Positions 16,607 through 25,967 of a DNA stretch of 59,649 bases are shown piece after piece. Every line of letters begins with the position of its first letter. The stretch's first letter is position 1. Location: NCBI GenBank assembly GCA_026398175.1, contig JAPLTJ010000144.1, positions 1-59,649 on the forward strand. The letters are read 5' to 3'. This DNA comes from Verrucomicrobiia bacterium. GTDB lineage: Bacteria; Verrucomicrobiota; Verrucomicrobiia; Chthoniobacterales; UBA6821. The notes under the pieces were generated by a model. That model was given only the letters and a program-made list of their open reading frames with translations. It had not been told where the DNA came from and searched no databases. The position numbers and the translations under genes are program-made.

Positions 16607-19600
16607 ATGCCCTCTCCCAATCGATCCATTTTTGCTGACCCTCGCGGTCGCCGACGTCGCTGGCTACAAGTCTTGCTCTTGTTGACAGTGGTCACGCTCT
16701 TAGGTGCTTCTATCTATTTTATTTTGAGCTTGCTAATCGCGCCCAAGCTTTATTTGCCGCCAAATGTGCGCGACTATCGAGCACAACTTAAGTCTGCATC
16801 CTCCACGCCCTCGCCTCTTCTGGAGATGAAAGATGACTGGCATCATTTTCTTCCAACAAAATCAACGCCTCTATTCTCTCCCAATTTAACTGCTTTTAAT
16901 CTGCCAATTGGCCCGCTGAAAAGACCTGGAATTTCTGCGAGCTTGGCGCCTTCGCTCTTTCCTATTCGTCTTGGCTATGCCTCTTCGTTTGATAATCCCA
17001 GCGATCTCTCGCTCAAGCATCATGCCGATCTCCTAACTCATGTGGCAACCGATTGGTTCACGCTTACTGGCGTTGAACAAAAATTACTTGAAGAGCCGAA
17101 TGATCCTCTCGTTTCTTTTTGCACCCGCAAGGGACTTACTCTCTTGCCGATCTTGCGAAATCTTGATGGTGATCAGTGGCAATCGGAAGCGGCAGAAGGG
17201 CTCCTCAAGGCCTCGACTCAGGAGCAGACTGCTTTCTTTGATCATCTCTTGCAGCACCTGCCGCCAAGCGCCATCGGCATTCTCCTGGAGTGGAGTGAAA
17301 TTGATGTTACCTATCGCCCCGATCTCACGCGCTTTTTAACAGCGTTTGCGACTTACTTTCATGAACATCATCGAGAACTTTGGATCACGATTCCAACGGG
17401 AAAAGATCAGGCACTTTATGACATCGCTACGCTCAGCAATGTTGCTGATCATCTTGTCGCCGCACTCTACGACCAAAATTCTGATCCAGATGACGCCGGG
17501 GCTCTCGCCACGATGGAATGGTTTCAAGAGTCCCTCAAGACGTTGCTCGCACAAGGCAATGCAGATAAATGGGTGATTACGCTCGGCGCTTATGGTTATG
17601 ATTGGAATAATACGAAAGAAACTTTGGAGCCGCTCAGTTTTGTCGATGTCATGGCACGTGGTAATTTAGCGGAGGTCGGCTCCGTCGCCGTGGAACCTCC
17701 CTCTTTTTCCCCTCATTTTGATTATATCTCACAGGAAGAAAACAAAACTATCCTTTCTACCGATCATGCTCTGCAGTCTACCAAAGCCTCACCACACAAT
17801 GAGCATGAAATCTATTTCCTCGATGCGACCACGTTTTACAACCAACTTCATGTTTTAAAACCGTACCACGTTGGAGGCATTGGAATTTATCGCTTGGGTC
17901 AAGAAGATCCTGATCTTTGGAAAGGACTTCAATTAACGCTCAACATGGAGGCTGAACAACGGGAAGAACCGACCACAGACGAACTTCATGATTTAGAAAA
18001 TCTCGATTTCAAACATGAAATAGCCTCCATCGGTTCTGGAGACTTCCTCTCTGCTGGAGAGGCCTCCAGCAATGGTTCCAGGACGGTCACTCTCGGCGAA
18101 GAAAACCTGCTCGTTGAAAATTACAATCAATTTCCTCGTCCTGCCTGCGTCTATCGCCAAGGATCACCCGGCCCCCATCAAGTTGCCATCACGTTTGATG
18201 ATGGCCCAGACCCAACATGGACTCCCAAACTTTTAAAAATCCTCAAAGAAAAACAAGTTCCAGCCGCCTTTTTTATTCTGGGATGCCAAGCGCAACAGTT
18301 TCCTGATTTGGTGCAACGCATTCAAAAAGAAGGTCACGAGTTTGGAAATCATACTTACACTCATGAAAACTTAGGCGAGATTAGCGATGAAAAAATTTGC
18401 TTGGAGCTCAATGCCACCACGCGCCTTTTAGAAAGTATCACTGGTCATTCAACTTCGCTTTTTCGTCCTCCTTACAACGGCGACGGCAATCCTTCAACGC
18501 CCGGAGAATTACGCGCCTTGCAAGTCGCTTCGGAGCTCGGTTACCTGACCGTTGGAGAATCAATTGATCCAAACGACTGGGAACAACCTGGTGTTGAAAA
18601 TATCATCCAGCGCGTTAAGAACCAGCGCGCTCAAGGTGGAAGCATCCTCCTTTTTCACGATGCGGGTGGCAACCGCTCCCAGACTGTAGCGGCACTTCCT
18701 CAGGTCATCGATTATTTCCGCGCACGTGGCGATGAAATTGTTCCTCTCTCCGTCATGATTGGACTTCCCGATGACATTCTGATGCCTCCTTTGCGCCAGG
18801 CCGATGTGACACTTGCAACGCGATATGTTTATGGCAGCTTCGCAACCTTTCGATTCTTAGAAATGGTCGCCTGGTCCCTCCTCGTCATTGCAACGCTGAT
18901 TTCTCTACTTGGCATTCTATTCTATGTCACTTGCGCCATCCGTCATCGCAAGATAGAAAAAGAAAATTTTCTCAACCCCCAGCTTCCAACCTCCAGCCTT
19001 CTTCCAGCTAGCATTATCATCGCTGCCTACAACGAAGAGAGAGTAATCATCTCGACGTTAGAACACCTCATTGCCAGCGATTATGACGCTCCTCTTCAAT
19101 TAATTGTTGTTGATGATGGATCGCAAGATCAGACAGCAGCGGTTATCGAAGCCTTCATCGAAAAAAGTAAATCAATAACTAATCGCTCTCTTATTTTAAT
19201 TCGCCAACCGAACTCAGGCAAAGCAACCGCCTTGAACAGAGCTATTGAAGCGGCTCATCATGAATTGATCATCACGCTCGATGCAGACACCATGGTCACT
19301 CCAAAAGCCTTACAAGAACTGATCCTCCCCTTCTCGGATCCTAAGGTGGGAGGTGTCTCAGGGCACATCCGCGTTGGCAATCCTCATCAATGGCTTGGAC
19401 GCTTCCAGCAAATTGAATATGAATTTGCTTTTGAAGTGAATCGTCGAGCTCAAGATCTTTTAGGATGCATCACGGTTCTCCCTGGTGCTTTGAGCGCCAT
19501 CAGGGCAACAGCGCTTCGTGAAGCAGGTCCACTCCCCACAGAAACATTAGCAGAAGACACTGACCTCACCTTGCAACTGCAGCGCTTAGGTTGGAAAATA

Positions 19601-20164
19601 ACTTATGCACCGATGGCCTTGGCAGACACAGAAGCCCCCAACAGCATTAAGGCACTTCTCTCTCAACGCTTCCGCTGGGCCTTTGGCATTTTACAATGCC
19701 TTTGGAAACATCGCTCACTTCTGCTGAGTCCAGGCTCCGGATGGCTCGGTTGGTTTGCCCTGCCTTCGATTTGGGTTTTTCAAATTGGACTCATCGCACT
19801 CACGCCACTGCTCGACTTTATGGTGATCTGCTCGCTTTTCTGGGGACGCGGAAGTGCCATCTGGCCTTATTTTTGTATTTCGCTAGTGCTCGACATGAGC
19901 CTTGCTGCCGTTGCGGCGCACTTCGCTAAACGCACCGCCTGGTCTGCTTGGAGAGCCCTTCCTATGCGTTTTCTTTATCGTCCCCTCCTCGGTTATATCA
20001 CGTGGAAATGCCTCATCAAAGCAGCCGCAGGAAGCTGGGTCCGCTGGAGCAAGCTAGAACGGACAGCAGCAGCCATCAAAGAGAAAGAAGAAATTCACAG
20101 GGATAGAAGCGATGGAAGGGATGAAGACAAAAAAATAACCGCTAAAAGCGCTAAAGGCCGCTAA
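16607..20164 (+). CDS. three-module exopolysaccharide protein: GH18-like TIM-barrel-like region + CE4 (NodB) deacetylase + processive GT2 synthase
   Basis: VAITFDDGPDP...HEFGNHTYTH (CE4); IIIAAYNEE, VVDDGSQD, LDADT, QRFRWAFG (GT2 D,D,D,QxxRW); N-terminal GILLEWSEID...YGYDW is GH18-like; last ~24 codons come from repeat A2. Confidence 0.8.
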   Translation: MPSPNRSIFADPRGRRRRWLQVLLLLTVVTLLGASIYFILSLLIAPKLYLPPNVRDYRAQLKSASSTPSPLLEMKDDWHHFLPTKSTPLFSPNLTAFNLPIGPLKRPGISASLAPSLFPIRLGYASSFDNPSDLSLKHHADLLTHVATDWFTLTGVEQKLLEEPNDPLVSFCTRKGLTLLPILRNLDGDQWQSEAAEGLLKASTQEQTAFFDHLLQHLPPSAIGILLEWSEIDVTYRPDLTRFLTAFATYFHEHHRELWITIPTGKDQALYDIATLSNVADHLVAALYDQNSDPDDAGALATMEWFQESLKTLLAQGNADKWVITLGAYGYDWNNTKETLEPLSFVDVMARGNLAEVGSVAVEPPSFSPHFDYISQEENKTILSTDHALQSTKASPHNEHEIYFLDATTFYNQLHVLKPYHVGGIGIYRLGQEDPDLWKGLQLTLNMEAEQREEPTTDELHDLENLDFKHEIASIGSGDFLSAGEASSNGSRTVTLGEENLLVENYNQFPRPACVYRQGSPGPHQVAITFDDGPDPTWTPKLLKILKEKQVPAAFFILGCQAQQFPDLVQRIQKEGHEFGNHTYTHENLGEISDEKICLELNATTRLLESITGHSTSLFRPPYNGDGNPSTPGELRALQVASELGYLTVGESIDPNDWEQPGVENIIQRVKNQRAQGGSILLFHDAGGNRSQTVAALPQVIDYFRARGDEIVPLSVMIGLPDDILMPPLRQADVTLATRYVYGSFATFRFLEMVAWSLLVIATLISLLGILFYVTCAIRHRKIEKENFLNPQLPTSSLLPASIIIAAYNEERVIISTLEHLIASDYDAPLQLIVVDDGSQDQTAAVIEAFIEKSKSITNRSLILIRQPNSGKATALNRAIEAAHHELIITLDADTMVTPKALQELILPFSDPKVGGVSGHIRVGNPHQWLGRFQQIEYEFAFEVNRRAQDLLGCITVLPGALSAIRATALREAGPLPTETLAEDTDLTLQLQRLGWKITYAPMALADTEAPNSIKALLSQRFRWAFGILQCLWKHRSLLLSPGSGWLGWFALPSIWVFQIGLIALTPLLDFMVICSLFWGRGSAIWPYFCISLVLDMSLAAVAAHFAKRTAWSAWRALPMRFLYRPLLGYITWKCLIKAAAGSWVRWSKLERTAAAIKEKEEIHRDRSDGRDEDKKITAKSAKGR

Positions 20165-20250
20165 AAACTAAAAATCTTTTTTGTGTTATTTCGCGTATTT
20201 CGCGGTTTGAAAATTTCTTTATCCCTTCCATCGCTTCCATCCCTGTGAAT
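20093..20250 (+). mobile_element. family A, copy A2 (~158 bp)
   Basis: 30-bp arms ATTCACAGGGATrGAAGCGATGGAAGGGAT; core shared with A3 (inverted) and A4; an extra partial arm at 20265-20287 encodes the ribF C-terminus. Confidence 0.9.
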
Positions 20251-20260
20251 TCTTTTGTCT

Positions 20261-21199
20261 TTATGCTTCCATCCCTGTGAATATTTCTTTCACCACTTCC
20301 ACATCCTTGATGATTTGAAGTCGCAGTTCTTCGAGATTGGGAAATTTAATTTCAGGACGAAGGTAGGCAATAGGAGTCATCGTGAGCTCTTGCCCATAGA
20401 GGTCTCCCTCAAAATCGAAGAGATGAACTTCTACCGTTGTTGGAAAAGGAACATCAGAAATTGTGGGGCAATGTCCAATGTTAGCGATGCCTTGATGTTT
20501 TTTTTCACCGACTGTTGCTAAGACGGCATAGACTCCATCAGGCGGAAGCTGAATCCGAGGGAGTGAAAGATTCGCTGTTGGAAAACCAAAATCGCGCGCT
20601 TTTTTATTTCCTTCGACAACAGTTCCCGTTAGTGAGTACCGCCGACCTAAACAAGCCGCCGCTTCCTCAAAATCATCGATCGCAATGGCTCTGCGAATAC
20701 GGGTACTGCTGACAGCGCTGCGATTGACTTCAATCGGCTTGATCGTCATCACCGAAAAATGAAATTTTTCTCCCAGCTCTTTTAACAAATCGAGATTTCC
20801 TTCTCCTCCTTTTCCAAAAGACCAAGAGGCTCCAATAGCAATGGTCTTCAAGTTAGGAAGAGCTTCCACCAGTTGAGTGATAAATTCCGTTGCTGGAATC
20901 ACGGCTAGCTGTTCATCAAATGCTAGCAACAAAACAGCATCGACTCCCAGCTCTTGAAGTAATTTTAATTTTTGTTCCGTCGTCGTTAAAAGTGGCGGTG
21001 CTATCGCTGGCCTCAACAACGAAGCCGGATGTCGATCAAAGGTCATGGCCACGACTTTTCCACCAACACGCCGAGCCTCTTCCTGAGCCCGTCCGATCAA
21101 AGCTTGATGCCCTACATGAACGCCATCAAAGGTGCCGCCGACGAGGATGATAGGACCGGATAATGTTTTAAGATCAGAAATTGAACGGAAGAGATTCAC
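20261..21199 (-). CDS. ribF: bifunctional riboflavin kinase / FMN adenylyltransferase
   Basis: GTFDGVHVGH nucleotidyltransferase motif and C-terminal riboflavin kinase region; GTG start lies in an A3 arm and the last 6 codons lie in a partial A arm. Confidence 0.9.
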   Translation of the reverse strand: MNLFRSISDLKTLSGPIILVGGTFDGVHVGHQALIGRAQEEARRVGGKVVAMTFDRHPASLLRPAIAPPLLTTTEQKLKLLQELGVDAVLLLAFDEQLAVIPATEFITQLVEALPNLKTIAIGASWSFGKGGEGNLDLLKELGEKFHFSVMTIKPIEVNRSAVSSTRIRRAIAIDDFEEAAACLGRRYSLTGTVVEGNKKARDFGFPTANLSLPRIQLPPDGVYAVLATVGEKKHQGIANIGHCPTISDVPFPTTVEVHLFDFEGDLYGQELTMTPIAYLRPEIKFPNLEELRLQIIKDVEVVKEIFTGMEA

Positions 21200-21343
21200 G
21201 GGATGGAAGCGATAAAAGAAATTATAAACCGCGAAATACGCGAACTAACACGAAAAAGAAAAATTTATTTTAGCGCAATTTAGCGAATTTAGCGGTTATT
21301 TTTTACTTCCTCATCTCTTCCATCGCTTCGATCCCTGTGAATT
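21194..21343 (-). mobile_element. family A, copy A3 (~150 bp, opposite orientation)
   Basis: Arms at 21194-21218 and 21316-21343; core is the reverse complement of the A2 core (…CGCGAAATACGCGAA…). Confidence 0.85.
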
Positions 21344-21348
21344 TCTTC

Positions 21349-22056
21349 TCACGCTCCACGTAAGCGCGAAACTTCAGGCAAGCTGAGCGCATGACCCAAT
21401 ACAACCTCACGCGGTGTTTCTTTGAGACGGTCAGCAGGAAAAGCGTTCTCCACGGAAAAACGACCTGACTTGGTCCGACGCAATGATTGCAAATGAGCGC
21501 CACAGCCCAATTCTTCGCCAATATCATAAGCATAGGTACGAACATAAAAACCTTTGCTGCAAACAACGCGAAAATCAATCGTGTCGGGAGTTGTTCCTAA
21601 AATCTGATGCGCGTAGATGTGCACAAAACGAGGTTCTCGCTCCACTGTTTTTCCTTGGCGCGCGAGCTTGTACAAAGGCACTCCATCTTTCTTGATGGCC
21701 GAGACCATGGGAGGCGTTTGATAAAAGTCGCCATCAAATTTAGAAAAAGCAGCTTCTAAGACGGCTGGATCAAAAGCAGGAACAGGTTTCTCTTCGACAA
21801 TGATTCCATCAGCATCTTGAGAGTCTGTTGTCACACCTAGCTTCATCGTCCCAACATATTCTTTGTCTTCGCTCATGAGAAGATCTTGAATTTTTGTCCC
21901 GCGACCTAAGGTCAACATCAAGAGGCCCGTTGCAAGAGGATCAAGCGTCCCGCAGTGCCCGATTTTTTTAATGCCGAGCACACGCCGCGCAATAGCAACG
22001 ACATCATGAGAGGTCATGTTGCTAGCTTTATCAATGAGTAAAACACCGTCAGTCAT
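21349..22056 (-). CDS. truB: tRNA pseudouridine(55) synthase
   Basis: [12 protein letters not shown] catalytic-Asp motif; operon context. Confidence 0.93.
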   Translation of the reverse strand: MTDGVLLIDKASNMTSHDVVAIARRVLGIKKIGHCGTLDPLATGLLMLTLGRGTKIQDLLMSEDKEYVGTMKLGVTTDSQDADGIIVEEKPVPAFDPAVLEAAFSKFDGDFYQTPPMVSAIKKDGVPLYKLARQGKTVEREPRFVHIYAHQILGTTPDTIDFRVVCSKGFYVRTYAYDIGEELGCGAHLQSLRRTKSGRFSVENAFPADRLKETPREVVLGHALSLPEVSRLRGA

Positions 22057-22062
22057 AGGAAA

Positions 22063-22097
22063 ACAGTAAAGAGTGAAGAGTAAAGGGTAAAGAGTAG
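22063..22097 (-). repeat. heptamer array H9 (type II, 5 units)
   Basis: Plus strand ACAGTAA AGAGTGA AGAGTAA AGGGTAA AGAGTAG; 6 nt from the truB start (22056). Confidence 0.9.
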
Positions 22098-22116
22098 CTA
22101 GAGTAACAATGAAAAG

Positions 22117-23085
22117 CTATTTCAGATTTTCACATAGTTCGTTAAGAACTTTTTTTCCTATCTCCTCGATCGAACCTTGCAACGTAGCGCCTGCGGCCAT
22201 GCGATGACCACCACCGCCATACCGTTGACAAAATGATGAGGCATCAAAGGAAAGAGTTTTAGCGCGAACACTGATGCGAACTTGATTATTCATTAACTCT
22301 TCAAAAAAAATTGCTGCTTCAACTCCTTCCACTGAACGCAATTGATCAATGATTCCCTCGGTATCCTCAGGAAGAGTTCCCAGTGAGGCAACATCTTTTC
22401 TCGTGAGTGCAAAACTGGCAATGCGATCATCACAAGAAAATTTTGCGTTCATCAAAGCATGTCGCAATAATTCTAAACGACGACGCGGCTGACTCCCATA
22501 CATCGCCTGAGAAAATGTTCCAACAGAGACGCCAGCCTTCACCAACGCGGCAGCAATTTCAAACGTCCTTGCTGTTGTGCTGCTGTATTGAAACGATCCT
22601 GTATCTGTCGAAATAGCAGCGTAAAGATTGCAAGCGATCGCTGGCGTCATCGTGATTTTTTCTTGGAGAAATCCTTCCGCTAAAATTTCTCCCGTGGCCG
22701 GTGAGGAAGAGACAATTAAATTTTGATCTGCAAAATTTTCATTACTCACATGATGATCAATCGCAAGCCAAAGAGGCGAACGCGCACTCGCCAAGACTTT
22801 TTTCCCGAGGCGCTCTTTAGTAGCTGTGTCCAAAATAAGAATGGCATCAAATTCTTGAACTTGCTCCGAAGGCTTTGTAATCAACGCCGCTTCGGGTAGG
22901 TAAGAAAATTTTTGAGGCACGCCATCTTCATTCCAAGCCGTGACCGAATGCCCTTCCTGCCTGAGCCAGAGAGCCGCCGCCAACGTCGAGCCGAGCGCAT
23001 CACCATCAGGACGAGCATGACTCACAACGAGGATACGATTCGCTGAGCGAAGCGCTTGATGGATTTCAGCAAAAGTTGTTTTCAT
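22117..23085 (-). CDS. nrnA: DHH/DHHA1 phosphoesterase (NrnA-like oligoribonuclease/pAp phosphatase)
   Basis: SHARPDGDALGS, IDHHVSN (DHH) and GGGHRMAAG (DHHA1) motifs. Confidence 0.85.
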   Translation of the reverse strand: MKTTFAEIHQALRSANRILVVSHARPDGDALGSTLAAALWLRQEGHSVTAWNEDGVPQKFSYLPEAALITKPSEQVQEFDAILILDTATKERLGKKVLASARSPLWLAIDHHVSNENFADQNLIVSSSPATGEILAEGFLQEKITMTPAIACNLYAAISTDTGSFQYSSTTARTFEIAAALVKAGVSVGTFSQAMYGSQPRRRLELLRHALMNAKFSCDDRIASFALTRKDVASLGTLPEDTEGIIDQLRSVEGVEAAIFFEELMNNQVRISVRAKTLSFDASSFCQRYGGGGHRMAAGATLQGSIEEIGKKVLNELCENLK

Positions 23086-23088
23086 TGG

Positions 23089-23123
23089 GAACAGGCGGAA
23101 GGCTGAAGACTAAAGGAGGAAGG
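23089..23123 (-). repeat. heptamer array H10 (type III, 5 units)
   Basis: Plus strand GAACAGG CGGAAGG CTGAAGA CTAAAGG AGGAAGG; 3 nt from the nrnA start (23085); complementary to H11. Confidence 0.8.
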
Positions 23124-23197
23124 AATAAATATTATTAAGAACGATATTATAATAATGAAAATGGATTCAAAAAATTGTTTTTTTTCAACTACCATCG

Positions 23198-23232
23198 CCC
23201 TCAGCTCTCAGCCTTTAGTCTTCGGCCTGTTC
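23198..23232 (+). repeat. heptamer array H11 (type III, 5 units)
   Basis: CCCTCAG CTCTCAG CCTTTAG TCTTCGG CCTGTTC; contains the rbfA stop (23215-23217) and its last codons. Confidence 0.8.
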
Positions 23233-23565
23233 GTTCTCCAACTCATCCAACAGCGCAATCACGCGCGTCCCACGTTCAATCGATTCATCTAATTGAAAAT
23301 TTAAAATCGCCGTATGCTTCAAAATGACACGCCTTGATAAGGCCTGCTGAAGAAAGGTTCGATTTTTTTCAAGAACATCCAAAGCTTTTTTCTTCTGAGC
23401 ATCCGTTCCGATCACACTAATGAAAATATGCGCTTGCTTTAAGTCAGGCGTAATATCCACAGCACGCACGGAGACGAGAGGTGCTTCAAACTTGATCTCG
23501 CGCGAAAGCAAAGCTCCCAGCTCTCGCTTTAACAATTCACAAACTCTGACAAGACGGTGGGACAT
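23215..23565 (-). CDS. rbfA: ribosome-binding factor A
   Basis: 116 aa, RVCELLKRELG... RbfA N-terminus; sits between infB and nrnA/truB. Confidence 0.9.
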   Translation of the reverse strand: MSHRLVRVCELLKRELGALLSREIKFEAPLVSVRAVDITPDLKQAHIFISVIGTDAQKKKALDVLEKNRTFLQQALSRRVILKHTAILNFQLDESIERGTRVIALLDELENEQAED

Positions 23566-23571
23566 ATTTTA

Positions 23572-23606
23572 AAAGTAAAGGGTAAAGAGTAAAGGGTGCA
23601 GAGTGG
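23572..23606 (-). repeat. heptamer array H12 (type II, 5 units)
   Basis: Plus strand AAAGTAA AGGGTAA AGAGTAA AGGGTGC AGAGTGG; 6 nt from the rbfA start (23565). Confidence 0.9.
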
Positions 23607-23701
23607 CTGGCGCAAATGATGAAGTCCTTTTCCAAGAGAAAATCTCCTGCCGAAATACGAATGCCGAAATGCTCATTTGATGTTCGATCTTAAAATTCAG
23701 A

Positions 23702-23736
23702 ACTCTTTACTCTTTACCCTTTACTCTTCACCCGCT
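23702..23736 (+). repeat. heptamer array H13 (type II, 5 units)
   Basis: ACTCTTT x2 ACCCTTT ACTCTTC ACCCGCT; 3 nt from the infB stop; 20-nt perfect complement to H12. Confidence 0.9.
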
Positions 23737-23739
23737 CCT

Positions 23740-25962
23740 TCAGAGCGTCTGAGCAATTTTTTCGAGCGTATAACATTCGATGATATCCCCCTCTTCGTAA
23801 TCATTGAAATCACCTAAGCGGATACCACACTCAAGCCCAGCTCGGACCTCTTTGACATCTTCCGTAAAGCGACGCAGCGTTCCAATGCCGCCATCATAGA
23901 CCGATTGGCGGCGACGCAAGATACGAGCGCGTGCCGTCCGTGTAATACGACCATCGCTTACTTGACATCCTGCAACAATACCTCGTGTCAGTTCAAAAAC
24001 TTGTTTGACCGTGGCGTGACCGATCACCGATTCACGCAACTCTGGATCAAGAAGGCCTGCCATCGCCTCACGCATTTGATCAATGAGTTCATAAATAATG
24101 CTATAAAGTTTGATCTGAATGCCTTCCCGACGAGCTATCGTAGCGGCTGTATTTTCTAATTTTACACTAAAGCCAATAATGACCGCATTCGAGGTCGTTG
24201 CCAAAAGAACATCCGAGTCACTAATTGGTCCAACGCCTGAGTGAATAATTTTCAGATCAACTTTATTTTTAGGGATGTCTGCTAAAGCACCAATAATCGC
24301 TTCCAGCGCACCTTGCATATCTGCTTTCAAAACAATGTGCAGTACTTTCTTTTGTTCCGCTGCTAAATTTTTAAATAAATTTTCTAATGTCGTACGCTGA
24401 GGTGCTGCGAGTTTGGTGCTACGAAGGCTTTCTAAGCGCTCTTCACTCAATTGCCGTGCGGAACGTTCTGAATCCATCACGATGAGCTCATCTCCAGCAT
24501 TAGGCAGACCGCTTAATCCAAGGACTTTGACCGGCATTGCAGGAAGAGCCTCCTTCACAGGTTGGCCCAGATCATTGGTGAGCTGTTTCAACTTGCCCCA
24601 ATAGTTCCCACAAATAAATGAATCTCCGACTTTGAGCGTTCCTGTATTGATAATCACTACTGCTGTTGGTCCTCGGCCTGCCTCCACTTGTGCCTCAATA
24701 ACATTGGCTCTAGCTGGTTGATCAGGGTCAGCCTTAAGTTCCAACATTTCAGCCTGAAGCAACATCATCTCTAAAAGCTGATCAATTCCTTTTCCTGTTG
24801 CAGCCGAAACTTCACAACAAACGGTATCTCCGCCCCAATCTTCCGGAACCAATCCTTTGTCTTGCAGTTGAGCTTTGACGCGATCGACATTCGCTGTCGC
24901 CAAATCCACTTTATTAATCGCGACCATGATCGTCACGTTAGCAGCACGCGCGTGGCTTAAGGCCTCCAATGTTTGCGGCATCAATCCATCATCAGCCGCC
25001 ACCACTAGAACAACAATGTCAGTAATGTTAGCACCTCGCACACGCATCGCTGTAAAAGCGGCATGTCCTGGTGTGTCAATGAAAGTGATCGGATGCCCGT
25101 TTTTTGTGATCATGTACGCACCCATGCGCTGCGTGATACCACCGACTTCACCTGAAGCAACCTTGGTCCGACGAATAGCATCGAGCAAAGAAGTCTTACC
25201 GTGATCGACATGCCCCATAAAAGTAATGATCGGAGCACGGGGCTCCATCCCTTGACTTTTTATTTCAGAAGGAGCTGGTAGTGGTGGCACAACAACGACC
25301 ACTTCAGCTTTGTGCATTCCTGCTCCAGCAACACGCTTTTCCCTCTCAAAAATAAATCCATAACGCTCGCAAAGCTTCGTGGCAACTTCAGGCTCAACCG
25401 ATTGATTGATGTTGGCGAAGATATTCATCTCCATCAAATCATGAATGACCTTAAAAGGTTTAATCTCCATTTGAGCTGCTAGATCTTTGATCATGATCGG
25501 CTGCTTAATATGGATCACCTTGCGCTTCTCCAAACTTTCTACCAAACTTTCTACAATAGGAGCAGATTCCTCCTCATTAGGTAAGTCCACAGATGGCTCA
25601 AGAACAGGCTCTGGCTCCGGATCTTTGTTCACACCAATGCGCGGAAGAACCTTTCGAGCTGGTCCAGTTCGTTGAACACGCGGCCCTCTCTCTTCAATTA
25701 GAGAGAGTGTAGGAAGGACTACTTTTACCTCTTCTTTTTTCAAAGTTTTTTCAGCACTTTGATCCACACTCTCCTTTTTCTTCAAAGAGGAAGCATCTTC
25801 TTTTTTTCGCCCTGTTTCTTTAGTGCGAGAGGAGGCGGTTTTCCCTTTAGCGTTTCCAGAAGAAAACGATCTACCTCCAGTCGTACCTTTTCCTTTACTG
25901 GAAGAGGGCTTGTGAGAAGAAGTCTTAGAAGATTTTGAGAATGTATTTTTAGAGGTTGTCAT
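23740..25962 (-). CDS. infB: translation initiation factor IF-2
   Basis: [13 protein letters not shown]1 motif, DTPGH, NKVD; low-complexity basic N-terminus. Confidence 0.97.
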   Translation of the reverse strand: MTTSKNTFSKSSKTSSHKPSSSKGKGTTGGRSFSSGNAKGKTASSRTKETGRKKEDASSLKKKESVDQSAEKTLKKEEVKVVLPTLSLIEERGPRVQRTGPARKVLPRIGVNKDPEPEPVLEPSVDLPNEEESAPIVESLVESLEKRKVIHIKQPIMIKDLAAQMEIKPFKVIHDLMEMNIFANINQSVEPEVATKLCERYGFIFEREKRVAGAGMHKAEVVVVVPPLPAPSEIKSQGMEPRAPIITFMGHVDHGKTSLLDAIRRTKVASGEVGGITQRMGAYMITKNGHPITFIDTPGHAAFTAMRVRGANITDIVVLVVAADDGLMPQTLEALSHARAANVTIMVAINKVDLATANVDRVKAQLQDKGLVPEDWGGDTVCCEVSAATGKGIDQLLEMMLLQAEMLELKADPDQPARANVIEAQVEAGRGPTAVVIINTGTLKVGDSFICGNYWGKLKQLTNDLGQPVKEALPAMPVKVLGLSGLPNAGDELIVMDSERSARQLSEERLESLRSTKLAAPQRTTLENLFKNLAAEQKKVLHIVLKADMQGALEAIIGALADIPKNKVDLKIIHSGVGPISDSDVLLATTSNAVIIGFSVKLENTAATIARREGIQIKLYSIIYELIDQMREAMAGLLDPELRESVIGHATVKQVFELTRGIVAGCQVSDGRITRTARARILRRRQSVYDGGIGTLRRFTEDVKEVRAGLECGIRLGDFNDYEEGDIIECYTLEKIAQTL

Positions 25963-25967
25963 TTAGT

